The position numbers and the translations under genes were made by a program. From an uncultured Chloroflexia bacterium (lineage in GTDB: Bacteria; Chloroflexota; Limnocylindria; Limnocylindrales; CSP1-4), in contig CAVVJT010000007.1 in NCBI GenBank assembly GCA_963748625.1, positions 1,248,001 through 1,312,000 on the forward strand: DNA of 64,000 bases, read 5' to 3'. Positions 1-9,510 of this stretch are shown piece after piece. The first letter of the stretch is position 1. Every line of letters begins with the position of its first letter. The notes below the pieces were generated by a model that ran no database searches, had not been told where the DNA came from, and worked only from the letters and a program-made list of their open reading frames with translations.

Positions 1-8
1 GCCCGGAC

Positions 9-816
9 GTGGGCGACCGGTCTGGCGGTGTCGGCGAAGGACCGGGAACTGGCGACAGGCCAGTCGGCGGAATCACCGTGCCCTACCGGGTCCGCTTCGA
101 CGAGTGTGGCCCGGACGGCATGGCCCGATCCGCCTCGCTCCTGCGCTACGCCCAGGACGTCGCCTGGATCCACTCCGAAGCCCTGGGCTTCAGCCGCGAG
201 TGGTACGACGCGAAGGGTCTCGCGTGGGTCGTCCGCGCCGCTGAGCTGGCTGTCGTCGCGCCGATCCCGTCGGGTGTGACCGTGCAGGTCTCGACGGCGG
301 TGGTCGGGTTCCGGCGGGTCTGGTCTCGCCGCCGCACTGAGGCCCGGTTCGAGGATGGGACGCCGGCGTTCTGGGCCCACACGGACTTCGTCATGCTCGA
401 CCTGGCCCGCGGGATGCCCGGACGGGTGCCGGAGGACTTCCCGGCCGCCTTCGCGGTCCCGCCCGGCAGCTTCGAGCCCGGGCGCGTGTCCCTGCCCGTC
501 ACGCCCGGGCATGCCACGCGTGCTCCGCTCCGCCGTGCAGGCGCGTGACATCGATCCGATGGGGCATGTGAACAACACGGTCTACCTCGACTATCTCGAG
601 GAGGCGGTCCGTGCGTCGGGTCCCGACGGGACGGACACCCTGGCCCGCGTTCCGCGGCGGTTCCGCCTGGAGTACCTGGTGGCCGCGGAGGCCGGTGACG
701 ACCTGGCCGCGGCTGTCTGGGCGTTGGGCGACGAGGCTGACGACGGGGCCGGCTGGGCATGGCGCCTGGCTGACGCGACGGATCGGGAGCTTGCGCGCGG
801 CCTCGTGACCGGCTGA
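9..816 (+). CDS. Acyl-ACP thioesterase-like double hot-dog protein, frameshifted near 530
   Basis: N-half YRVRFDECGPDG..LLRYAQDVAWIHS (ORF 9..548); C-half VQARDIDPMGHVNNTVYLDYLEE (ORF 355..816). Confidence 0.8.
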
Positions 817-854
817 CCTCGAGGTCCCCCGGACCCACGGGGGACTATCGGGCC

Positions 855-996
855 ATGACCTTGGTCCCGCCCGTGCGGTGCGCGAAGGAAACGCCGTGCG
901 GCACCGCGAGGGGCGCCGGGACCTTCGGTTCATAGGCGACCCATTCCGGGCTGCCTACCGTCCGGGGTACAGGTGCGTCCACCGGGGGAGCGCACC
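855..996 (+). promoter_or_regulatory. Structured 5' leader with three hairpins before the GGDEF/HD-GYP gene
   Basis: Pairings ggtcccg(863)/cgggacc(917), gcggtgc(875)/gcaccgc(901), taggc(933)/gccta(953), ggtgcg(972)/cgcacc(991); the last encloses gggggag. Confidence 0.35.
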
Positions 997-1002
997 ATCG
1001 AC

Positions 1003-2634
1003 GTGAGTACCGTGACCGTCAACACCGCATTCGCCCTCGCACTGCTGCTCGCGGCGCTCGCTGGCGCCCTCGCCGGCACCGCCGGCTTCGCCCTCCTTGT
1101 TGCGGGCCGCCAGAACCGGCGCATGGCGCGCCTGCTCGAGCACCTGGCCTCCGCCCAGGACGAGGCGTCGCTCGTGGGTGTGGACGCCGGCCGCCTGCGG
1201 GACCCCCGCCTCCGCCGGTCCGTCGAGACGCTGGCTGATCGCGTCGCGCTCACCTGGGTGCAGGCCACCGTGGACCCGCTCACGGGCGTGGCCAACCGCC
1301 AGGCGATCCTCAGCCTCGTGGACGACGAGATCGCCCGCGCCGCGCGCTACCGCCGCCCGTTCTCGGTGATCCTCGCGGACCTCGACCACTTCAAGCGCCT
1401 CAACGACGCCCACGGACATGCTGCGGGCGACAAGGTCCTTCGGCATGTCGGTGCACTCCTCGCGGGCAGCGTGCGGACGACGGACACCGCGGGCCGCTAT
1501 GGCGGCGAGGAGTTCCTGATCGTGCTGCCGGAGACCGATGCCGACGCGGCCGCCGCGGTGGCGGAGAAGCTGCGCCGCATGGTCGCCGGAGCCCCAGTGC
1601 ACCTGCCGGACGGCGAGACGATCTGCGTGACCCTGTCGGCTGGGGTGGCCGGTGGTATGGGCGACGTCCTCCGTCCCGATGCCCTCGTCCGCGACGCCGA
1701 CGCAGCCCTCTACTCTGCGAAGGCGCTCGGGCGGGACCAGGTCTACGTCTTCCGCGAGACCGGCGACCTCGATACCGTGCGCCGCGCACCGATCGCACCC
1801 GAGGCCCGGAACCGTGCGCTCGACGTGGGGCGCGAAGCGCTGGCCGCCGCCCAGGACGCGCTTCTGAGCACCCTCGCTGCCAAACCCAGCTGGGCTGGCA
1901 AGCCGTCAACGCTGATCGCCGAGGCCTCCGTCGCTGTCGCCCGGGCGATCGCCCTGCCGGCAGGCGAGCTGGACCGCATCCGGACGGCATCCCTTCTCCA
2001 CGACCTGGGCAAGCTCGCCATCCCCGAGGAGATCCTGTCCAAGCCCGGCGACCTCGCCGAGTCGGAGTGGCGCGTGGTGGCCGAGCATCCCAAGATCGGC
2101 CAGGTGGTCCTGGAGCAGGCGGGCGCGCTCCGCGATGCCGCGACCATCGTCCTGCACCACCACGAGTGGTATGACGGGCGCGGCTACCCCCATGGACTCG
2201 CGGGCGGCGAGATCCCTATCGGCGCCCGGATCGTGTCGATCGTGGACGCCTATGAGGCCATGATCGCCGGGCGCCCGTATCGCGCCGCCATCAGCCACGA
2301 GGCGGCCCTCGCCGAGCTACGCCGCCAGGCCGGCGTCCAGTTCGACCCGGAGCTGGTGGAGGTCTTCGGCGAAGTCTTCGCCAACGGCGTCCCATGGGAG
2401 CCCGACGTCCACGAGCATGCGATCGGCGATCCGGTCCACGACCATGCGCGCCCGCAGGACGCTGTCGCTGCTCACGACCACGACCACGACAACGGCCACG
2501 ACCACGAGGGAGCGGACGTCGCTCCCGTCCCGGTCATCCTGCCGGCCGCGCTGCAGGGCATGCCGGCGCGCCGCGGACAGACGACCGCCGAGCTCCACGA
2601 CGCCGTCCACGAGCGCCGCCGCCGCGCCGGCTGA
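1003..2634 (+). CDS. Membrane-anchored diguanylate cyclase / HD-GYP phosphodiesterase hybrid (start uncertain, 973-1012)
   Basis: N-terminal TM helix; DPLTG, DLDHFKRLND, RTTD..GRYGGEEF; LLHDLGK, HHHEWYDGRGYPHGL, DAYEAM. Confidence 0.92.
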   Translation: MSTVTVNTAFALALLLAALAGALAGTAGFALLVAGRQNRRMARLLEHLASAQDEASLVGVDAGRLRDPRLRRSVETLADRVALTWVQATVDPLTGVANRQAILSLVDDEIARAARYRRPFSVILADLDHFKRLNDAHGHAAGDKVLRHVGALLAGSVRTTDTAGRYGGEEFLIVLPETDADAAAAVAEKLRRMVAGAPVHLPDGETICVTLSAGVAGGMGDVLRPDALVRDADAALYSAKALGRDQVYVFRETGDLDTVRRAPIAPEARNRALDVGREALAAAQDALLSTLAAKPSWAGKPSTLIAEASVAVARAIALPAGELDRIRTASLLHDLGKLAIPEEILSKPGDLAESEWRVVAEHPKIGQVVLEQAGALRDAATIVLHHHEWYDGRGYPHGLAGGEIPIGARIVSIVDAYEAMIAGRPYRAAISHEAALAELRRQAGVQFDPELVEVFGEVFANGVPWEPDVHEHAIGDPVHDHARPQDAVAAHDHDHDNGHDHEGADVAPVPVILPAALQGMPARRGQTTAELHDAVHERRRRAG

Positions 2635-2668
2635 CCACGTCCAGCGCCTGGTCCGCCGGGACGGGACA

Positions 2669-3337
2669 CTAGCGTGCCTGCGCCACCCGCATCCGCTCGA
2701 TGCCGTCGAGGATGATGTCCAGCCCGTACTCGAACTCGGCGAAGTAGTCGAATCCGGACGCCATCAGCTCCCGGGACACCTTGGCGAACGTCGGGTACTG
2801 GTCGGCCGGGACCTGGGCGAGCAGCTCCGGACCCATCACCGCCAGCTCGTCGGCGTTCGTGAAGGGCAGATTGACCTCCTGGAGCGCGAAGCCCAGGACG
2901 TAGCTGTCGAGCAGGTTGTAGGCACGGGTGGCCGTGGCCGCCGAGAAGCCGGCCCCCACCAGGACCGTGAGCGTCTCGTCGTGGCTGCGCAGGTTCGCGG
3001 GACCGGGCGCCATCCGCGACTCCAGCAGCGTGATCGCCCAGGGATGGCGTCGCAGCATGGCCCGTGCCGAGATGGATCGCGCGCGAATGGCCGCCCGCCA
3101 GTCCGAGCGGTCCTCGGGCAGCTCGATCTCCTCGAAGGCGAGATCAACGAGGCCGTCGAGGATGTCGTCCTTGTTGCGCACGTGGCGGTAGAGGGACATC
3201 GCCTCGACGCCCAGCCGGCGGCCGATCGCCTGCATGGTCAGCGCGCCGGCCCCCTGCTCGTCGGCCAGCTCCAGCGCGGCGCGGAGGATCCGGTCGCGGG
3301 TCAGGGGCTCGCGGTCGTGAGGTCTTCGGCTGGCCAT
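2669..3337 (-). CDS. TetR/AcrR family transcriptional regulator (TetR_C type)
   Basis: LTRDRILRAALELAD..LTMQAIGRRLGVEAMSLYRHVRNKDDIL; C-terminal EFEYGLDIILDG. Confidence 0.93.
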   Translation of the reverse strand: MASRRPHDREPLTRDRILRAALELADEQGAGALTMQAIGRRLGVEAMSLYRHVRNKDDILDGLVDLAFEEIELPEDRSDWRAAIRARSISARAMLRRHPWAITLLESRMAPGPANLRSHDETLTVLVGAGFSAATATRAYNLLDSYVLGFALQEVNLPFTNADELAVMGPELLAQVPADQYPTFAKVSRELMASGFDYFAEFEYGLDIILDGIERMRVAQAR

Positions 3338-3371
3338 CGGTCTCCTTCGCAGGTCTGTTGACACCATGGTA

Positions 3372-3412
3372 GCTTATGTCATACGCTTATGGCATACGCT
3401 TATGTCATAAGC
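3372..3412. promoter_or_regulatory. Three overlapping palindromic operators (13-bp period) between tetR and the divergent dehydrogenase gene
   Basis: gcttatgtcatac-gcttatggcatac-gcttatgtcataagc; the last unit is the perfect palindrome GCTTATG-T-CATAAGC. Confidence 0.8.
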
Positions 3413-3459
3413 GAACCATCAGGGGCGGCGCGGACGGCGCGGCCCGGGGAGACGGACAC

Positions 3460-4458
3460 GTGCGGGCGATCGTCGGGGAGCGGTACGGCGGGCCGGAGGG
3501 GCTGGAGCTTCGAGAGGTCGAGCGGCCCGCCGTCGGAGCACAGGAGGTGCTCGTCCGCGTCGTGGCGGCGAGCGTCCACATCGGTGACGTGTTCGCGATG
3601 CGCGGGGCGCCCTTCCTCGTCCGACTCACGACCGGTCTGCGCCGCCCGAAGCTTGGAGTCCCCGGGCTCGATCTCGCGGGCATCGTCGAGGAAGTCGGCC
3701 CGGAGGTCACCCGATTCGCCCCGGGCGATGAGGTGTTCGGCCTGTGCAGCTGGCCGTCGGCCGGCGCCTGCGCGGACCTTGCGCTGGCAGCTGAGAGCAC
3801 GCTGGCTCCGAAGCCCTCGACGCTCACCTTCGAGCAGGCTGCCGCCCTCCCGACCTCGGCGTCAGCGGCCCTCCACGGCATTCGGGATGCGGGCGGTGTC
3901 AAGGCGGGCCAGCGGGTGCTGGTCAACGGGGCGTCGGGCGGGGTCGGCGTGTTCGCCGTCCAGATCGCGCGGGCGCTCGGCGCCGAGGTGACCGCGGTGT
4001 GCGGCCCGGGCGGCGCGGCGCTCGTGCGGGAGCTTGGCGCGTCCGACGTCATCGACTACACCCAGGCAGACGTCACCACGTGCGGCGACCTGTACGACGT
4101 GATCCTCGACAACGTGGAGAACCACCCGTTGGGGGCGATGCGCCGAATCCTTGTGACTGACGGCACGCTGGTGTGCAACAGCGGCACCGGTGCGGGCGGA
4201 CTCACGTTCCTCGTGCGCCTTGCCATGCCGGTCCTCCAGGACCCGTTCGTGCCGCAGCACCTGCGGCGGCCGTTCTCCAACCCCAAGCGCGAAGACCTCG
4301 AGGTGCTCACGGCCATGGTGGCGGACGGGTCACTGCGGCCGGTCATCGACACGGTGTACCCGCTCGAGGAGACAGCCGCGGCGATGCGCCACGTGGAGAC
4401 GGGTCACCCGCGCGGCAAGGTGGTGGTCCGTGTCGCCGCCGAAGACCTGGGCTCGTGA
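3460..4458 (+). CDS. NAD(P)-dependent alcohol dehydrogenase / quinone oxidoreductase (MDR family)
   Basis: VRAIVGERYGGPEGL, VLVNGASGGVGVFAVQIA, GHPRGKVVV. Confidence 0.92.
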   Translation: MRAIVGERYGGPEGLELREVERPAVGAQEVLVRVVAASVHIGDVFAMRGAPFLVRLTTGLRRPKLGVPGLDLAGIVEEVGPEVTRFAPGDEVFGLCSWPSAGACADLALAAESTLAPKPSTLTFEQAAALPTSASAALHGIRDAGGVKAGQRVLVNGASGGVGVFAVQIARALGAEVTAVCGPGGAALVRELGASDVIDYTQADVTTCGDLYDVILDNVENHPLGAMRRILVTDGTLVCNSGTGAGGLTFLVRLAMPVLQDPFVPQHLRRPFSNPKREDLEVLTAMVADGSLRPVIDTVYPLEETAAAMRHVETGHPRGKVVVRVAAEDLGS

Positions 4459-4475
4459 GCGGGAGGAGGCGCGCG

Positions 4476-4862
4476 ATGACGGCGACAACAGTGGACACCC
4501 GGATCGTCCTCGCCGGCCTGTGGGTGGCGATCATGCTCACCTACCTGCTGGGCGACGTGCTGCGCCTCATGGCCGGCCACGCGGTGCCCGGCGAGATGGC
4601 CGGCAAGCCCGCGACCCAGGCGATGTGGCTCCTCGCGGCGTTGATCATGCTCGTGCCGATCGTGATGATCGTCCTGAGCCTGGTCCTCCCATTCCCGCTG
4701 ATCGGCTGGGTCAGCCTCGTGGTGACCGTGATCGTGGTCGTGTTCAACCTGGTCGGCCTGCCCTACCCGGGCTGGTACGACAACGTCCTGATCCTGGTGA
4801 GCTTCGTCTTCAACGCGCTGATCGCCTGGTACGCGTGGGGGTGGGTGTCGGCCGGCGGCTGA
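4476..4862 (+). CDS. Small 4-TM membrane protein (DUF6326-like)
   Basis: SD ggaggagg; LAGLWVAIMLTYLLGDVL; hydrophobic helices; follows the ADH gene. Confidence 0.7.
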   Translation: MTATTVDTRIVLAGLWVAIMLTYLLGDVLRLMAGHAVPGEMAGKPATQAMWLLAALIMLVPIVMIVLSLVLPFPLIGWVSLVVTVIVVVFNLVGLPYPGWYDNVLILVSFVFNALIAWYAWGWVSAGG

Positions 4863-5045
4863 TCCGCCTGCCGCTGACCGGGCGGAGCTGTCCCGTCTCG
4901 ACCAGGCCTCGCAGGTTCCACGGAGCCGGTTCCCTTGCAGGCCTGTTGTGCTTCAGCGCCCGGGGGCGCATCCTTGGACTCTGTCCGGTCCTGGTGCCGA
5001 CGCCTCGATCCTCGAGACTGCACGGGCGGCAACGGAAGGCGTCCC

Positions 5046-5828
5046 ATGCCTCTCAACCCCAGTCCTGCTCGCACGGTCGAGCCGGATATCCGGCCGGAGG
5101 TGCCGGGCGGAGACCCGCTGCCTGACGCGGCCAACCGCAGCGTGGCCCGCCCGCTTCGCGTGCTCGTGGTCGACGACCATGACATCGTCCGCCAGGGGCT
5201 GGTCGCCCTGCTGGCCCGGCGCACCCAGTTCCAGGTGGTCGCGCAGGCGGGCACCGTGGCCGAGGCGCTCGCCGAGGCGCGCCGGTTCGAGCCCGACCTT
5301 GTCCTGATGGACGTCAGCCTGCCCGATGGCTCGGGGATCGATGCCTGCCGTCTCATCCGTGCCGAGCTTCCGGGCACGCGCGTCGTCTTCCTCACGAGCT
5401 CGCCAGAGGATGAGGACGTCCTCGCCGCCATCGTCGCGGGCGCATCGGGCTACGTCCTCAAGCAGTCGCGCGCGAGCGAGCTCGTCCGGGCGCTCATCGT
5501 TGCCGGCCAGGGCGAGTCGCTGCTCGACCCGGGCGTGACCGGTGCGGTGATGGAGCACATCCGCCTGATCGCCACCGGCGGGTACGCGGACGTCACGCAC
5601 CAGCTGACGGCGCAGGAGCGGAGGATCCTGCCCCTGCTGGCTGCGGGGAGCACCAACAAGGAGATCGCAGCGCAGGTCTTCCTCTCGGACAAGACGGTCA
5701 AGAACTACGTCAGCTCGATCCTCGCGAAGCTGAACCTGGAACGCCGCTCCCAGGCGCCGGCGTTCGTTGCAGAGCACCGGCGCGAGCTCGGATCCCTCGA
5801 CCCGGACAATCCGGCGACTCGCCCCTGA
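5046..5828 (+). CDS. NarL/LuxR-family response regulator (DevR-like)
   Basis: VLVVDDHDIVRQGL, DLVLMDVSLPDGSG, GYVLK, HTH NKEIAAQVFLSDKTVKNYVSSILAKL. Confidence 0.92.
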   Translation: MPLNPSPARTVEPDIRPEVPGGDPLPDAANRSVARPLRVLVVDDHDIVRQGLVALLARRTQFQVVAQAGTVAEALAEARRFEPDLVLMDVSLPDGSGIDACRLIRAELPGTRVVFLTSSPEDEDVLAAIVAGASGYVLKQSRASELVRALIVAGQGESLLDPGVTGAVMEHIRLIATGGYADVTHQLTAQERRILPLLAAGSTNKEIAAQVFLSDKTVKNYVSSILAKLNLERRSQAPAFVAEHRRELGSLDPDNPATRP

Positions 5829-5912
5829 TCTAGCGGGGGCGTGCGGAGGGCTGGCTCGTCGCGCCGGGCCTTGCGCCCGTCCAGCCCACCTTTGACGTCG
5901 CCCGGGCCCGCT

Positions 5913-5993
5913 TCACGCACCGTCCGTCACGACGATGACGACCTTGCCTCGAGCGTGACCCTGGTCGAGGTAGCGGAAGGCCTCGGCTGTCTC
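5913..5993 (-). pseudogene. C-terminal remnant of a third MDR dehydrogenase
   Basis: Minus strand reads ETAEAFRYLDQGHARGKVVIVVTDGA*, matching the C-termini of the two intact paralogs. Confidence 0.75.
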
Positions 5994-6981
5994 ATGGCGT
6001 TCCCCCGATCACGACGACGATGGTCCCCAGCTTCTGGCCCGTTTCAGCGTACCTGTGCGCCTCGACGATCTTCTCGAGCGGGAAGCTCCGGTCGACGACC
6101 GGGCGCAGGCGCCCCGCCTCGATCAGGCCGCGCAGGTAGGCGAGGTCCTCGCCCGTCGAGCGCGTTGGAATGAACGACACCCGCTTCCCGCTTCGCCTGG
6201 CCGCCCACCTGCCGCGGACGATCTGCAGGAAGCCCGGATTGGCCATCAGCAGCCATCCGTTCGCGGTCAGCAACCCCACCATGCGGGCGGACGGTGTGCC
6301 GCGCACGATGTCGAAGATGACGTCGAAGGTCTCGGGACCGCCAGTGACATCCTCCCGGGCGTAGTCGATGACGCGATCCGCGCCGATCGTGCGCAGCATC
6401 TCCAGCTTCGGTGCGCTGTCCACCGCGGTCACGTGCGCCCCGAGGAGCTTGGCGAGCTGGACCGCGAAGGTGCCGAAGCTCCCTCCCGCACCGTTGACCA
6501 GGACCCGCTGTCCGCTCCGGACGTCCGCCTTCCGCAGGAACGACATGGCCTCGCCTCCCCCGTAGGGAATGGCCGCAGCCTCCGCGTAGCCCAGGTTCGT
6601 CGGCATGGTCGCGATCGCCCCGGTCGGGGGGTTCTCGCGCAGGCAGATGTACTCCGCGTAGGCTCCCAGGGGGATGCCCGTCGCCGCGAAGACCCGGTCG
6701 CCCTGCTTGAGCGACCCGACCTTCCTGCCCACCGCCTCGACGTCACCGGCAAGCTCCTGCCCGAGCACGCGTCGTCTCGGTCTGCGGATGCCGAACCCCA
6801 ATCGCATGGGCACCCAGATCCAGGGGGCGAAGTCGAACCGCCGCAGCTCGCAATCGGCCGTGCTGACCGTCGTGGCGCGAATCCGGACCAGCACCTCGTC
6901 GTCCTTCGGGACGGGTTTCGGCACGTCGCGGAGCTGGAGGACATCCGGCGGTCCGTAGTCCGTGCACACGACTGCTCTCAT
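5992..6981 (-). CDS. NAD(P)-dependent alcohol dehydrogenase (MDR family)
   Basis: MRAVVCTDYGPPDVL, VLVNGAGGSFGTFAVQLAK, AHRYAETGQKLG. Confidence 0.92.
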   Translation of the reverse strand: MRAVVCTDYGPPDVLQLRDVPKPVPKDDEVLVRIRATTVSTADCELRRFDFAPWIWVPMRLGFGIRRPRRRVLGQELAGDVEAVGRKVGSLKQGDRVFAATGIPLGAYAEYICLRENPPTGAIATMPTNLGYAEAAAIPYGGGEAMSFLRKADVRSGQRVLVNGAGGSFGTFAVQLAKLLGAHVTAVDSAPKLEMLRTIGADRVIDYAREDVTGGPETFDVIFDIVRGTPSARMVGLLTANGWLLMANPGFLQIVRGRWAARRSGKRVSFIPTRSTGEDLAYLRGLIEAGRLRPVVDRSFPLEKIVEAHRYAETGQKLGTIVVVIGGTP

Positions 6982-7017
6982 GGGTCACCGACTCTTGCAG
7001 GGCCCCGTCGTCCTTGC

Positions 7018-7350
7018 CTAGGGGCATTGGGCCCGTCGTGGGGCCCGGCCTCGCCAGGCGCCATCCTGTGCGGCCGTCTCCGTTTCCAGCAACATGTGGG
7101 CGAGCGCAGGAAACGCGATCGCTGAGACCAGACCGGCGAGGACGAGCGCCGATCCGGTGAGGGGCGTGATCAGGCCGAGTCGCTGCCCGACGGCAACGGC
7201 AACCACGACGAAGGACAGGTTGGTGGCCTGCATGAGACCGACGGCCGCGGTGCCTCGACTGGACAGGTGCCGCCCATAGAGGAACGCCGGGGTCCCTCGG
7301 ACCACGAGCAGGAGGCCCGCGAAGAGGGCGATCTGGCCGATCTCCTCCAC
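7018..7350 (-). pseudogene. 3' fragment of a cation:proton antiporter (CPA2-like)
   Basis: LLLVVRGTPAFLY..GLMQATNLSFVVVAVAVG..SALVLAGLVSAIAFP; no N-terminal part. Confidence 0.7.
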
Positions 7351-7497
7351 ATCAGCCAGTATGTGAACGGCGTCGATGCCTTCGGGCTGTCGACGGACAG
7401 CGCCCGCTTGTTGCGGCTGTTCTTTCAGCCACTGCTCGTCGCCTGGGCGCTGTGGGCGACGGATGCCTGGCGCGTGTTCGTGCGCTCAAGGGCCTAG
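7351..7497 (+). pseudogene. 3' fragment of a DoxX-like membrane protein
   Basis: ISQYVNGVDAFGLSTDSARLLRLFFQPLLVAWALWAT; abuts the antiporter fragment back to back. Confidence 0.6.
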
Positions 7498-7643
7498 GCA
7501 TCGCGAAGGGGCTGCTGCGCCGGAGTGTGGGCGGCACGGAGCGAGCCCCGGGCTGGGCTACCGCGCTGGCCCACCGCGCTGGCCGCACCCCGAGCACGAG
7601 GCCCGCGACAGCGTCCGCGCGCAGGGTGTCCCGGCGGGCATGA
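7494..7643 (-). pseudogene. Possible 5' remnant of a SulP-family anion transporter
   Basis: RRDTLRADAVAGLVLGV resembles the first SulP helix; the sequence degenerates afterwards. Confidence 0.4.
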
Positions 7644-7722
7644 GGGCAGCTTCCCAACTCAAGTCCCTCGTGTGCGAGCGATCAACATCGCAGACGCATG
7701 AGGGCAGCGCGTCGAGCCGTCG

Positions 7723-8406
7723 TCAGGCTTCGTCCGCGCCAGAGAGGTCCTTGTCCTCCATCTCCCACGCATGGTCGAGCGTGTGGAACGCCGAGTGCCG
7801 GATCAGGTACGGCAGCGTCCAGGACCGCGTGCGCTTCGCAACCTCGCCGGCGTTGTACGCGCGCATTGCCGCGACGTAGCCCTCTCGGTGCTGGCGCAGC
7901 CCGTCAGGCGTGAGCGCGGCCTCCTCGGCGATCCGGATCCCGACCTGCTTCGCGAAGTCCTCGCTCTCCGTGCGGATGGTGTGCCGGATGATCCGGTCGC
8001 GGTCGCGACCTCCCCCCCGGGGGCCCTTGCGCATCACCGGCGAGACCCGCGCCGCGACGGCGTCGAAGAACGCCCAGGAGGCCTGGAGGATGGTGATGCC
8101 GCGCTCGAGCTCGGCATCCTCCATCGGTCCCTGCTCCGTGGACGACGGGGAGAAGGAGATGCCCCAGAAGTCGACCGAGCCCGTGCCGACCTTGTCCTCC
8201 ACGACCACGAGGGGTCCGGCAGCGGCGAACTCGCGCGCCATCCCGGCCAGGCTCGCCACGGGACGGTACCGCTCGCGATAGGCCTCGAGTGCCGCAAGGG
8301 CGAGGTCGCCGGTCTTTGCGCCGCGGCTCCACCCCGGCCAGTCGAGGCTGAAGGCGACCGACCGCTTGCCCTTGGGTCCATGTTCGACGACGGTGCGGAC
8401 AGGCAT
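7723..8406 (-). CDS. Conserved hypothetical protein with DinB-like C-terminal His motif
   Basis: KRSVAFSLDWPGWSRG; YLIRHSAFHTLDHAWEMED; coding-like codon usage. Confidence 0.7.
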   Translation of the reverse strand: MPVRTVVEHGPKGKRSVAFSLDWPGWSRGAKTGDLALAALEAYRERYRPVASLAGMAREFAAAGPLVVVEDKVGTGSVDFWGISFSPSSTEQGPMEDAELERGITILQASWAFFDAVAARVSPVMRKGPRGGGRDRDRIIRHTIRTESEDFAKQVGIRIAEEAALTPDGLRQHREGYVAAMRAYNAGEVAKRTRSWTLPYLIRHSAFHTLDHAWEMEDKDLSGADEA

Positions 8407-8642
8407 GGGTCATTGTCGCGTGGACGCGCAAGGCACGCCGTAGCTGGCCCATGGCGGCGTCCCGGGTGTTCTCCGTCCTGTGCGAGCGGCCGATCGCGTC
8501 CGTGGAGAGGGTGCACATGGGCGCCTAGAACGTTGACACCGCTCCCGGAGACAGACGACGAGGGTCCCGATCGCGCCTCGGCCGCGGTGAGGACTCTCGC
8601 GAGCGCCGTTGACGGTGCTCGAGCGGGCGGTGGTCGTGCGGG

Positions 8643-9461
8643 TCAGACCGTTGCCGCACCCGGGCGGCGCAGGCGCTTCACCGTTGCCGGAGAGGGAGGG
8701 GACTCGCGTCGGAGCCCGCCCGGCAGGTCCTGTCCGGTGGCCCACGCCTCGACCATGCGGATGTGCAGGTCCGGTGACCTTCGCTGCCAGCAGTGGTCCA
8801 GGTCTGGGGCGAACATCGCGGTCGCGTGCGGCATGAGGGCGGCAAGCGCCGCGTTGGACGGCCGGACCATGCTCTCCTTCTCGCCGGCAACGAGGAGGGT
8901 CGGGCACGGGGCGCCGGTGGCCGCAAACGTCGTGAAGCACTCCGCAAGCGCCCGCCCGAACGCCTTGCGTGACACGGCGCCCAGGTCCGCCGGGTCGTGC
9001 GTCTCACGGAACATGGCCATGACCGGACGGGTGTGGATGAAGGGCGCCAGCGCCATCATGAACAGGCGCATGAGTCCACGGCCGACGCGCGGCGCGTCAA
9101 ACGGTGGCGAGCCATCGATGATGGCCCGCTCGACGCGTTCAGGGTGGCTGTCCAGCAGGGCGTGGAGGAGGACGCCGCCCCAGGACAGCCCGACGACGCT
9201 CGCTCGGCCCGCTGGCACGCGCGCCTCGATGAGCTGGGCCAGCAGGTCCGCGATCTGATCCTTCGACGCTGGCGGCAGCCGGTTGCTGCGCCCGTGGCCG
9301 GGGAGATCGGGGGCCAGGCAGTGGAAACCTCCGAGCCTCGCCATGTGCCCGCGCCACTCCCGGCCGCTCTGGCCGGCCCCATGGATGAACACGATCGCCG
9401 GCGCGCCCGGGTTGCCGGACTCGTGCACGTGCATGCCGCCTGGATTCGTCGACGGGTCCAT
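8643..9461 (-). CDS. Alpha/beta hydrolase
   Basis: IVFIHGAG, APDLPGHG, GLSWGG nucleophile elbow. Confidence 0.9.
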   Translation of the reverse strand: MDPSTNPGGMHVHESGNPGAPAIVFIHGAGQSGREWRGHMARLGGFHCLAPDLPGHGRSNRLPPASKDQIADLLAQLIEARVPAGRASVVGLSWGGVLLHALLDSHPERVERAIIDGSPPFDAPRVGRGLMRLFMMALAPFIHTRPVMAMFRETHDPADLGAVSRKAFGRALAECFTTFAATGAPCPTLLVAGEKESMVRPSNAALAALMPHATAMFAPDLDHCWQRRSPDLHIRMVEAWATGQDLPGGLRRESPPSPATVKRLRRPGAATV

Positions 9462-9510
9462 CACGAGCCCTCGCAGGCGGCGACGCCCGGTGGCCGTGGT
9501 CCGACCGCCA

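Noticed and set aside
855-960. Known c-di-GMP riboswitch or SRP RNA
   Set aside because: Consensus elements were not found by eye; kept only as an unassigned structured leader.
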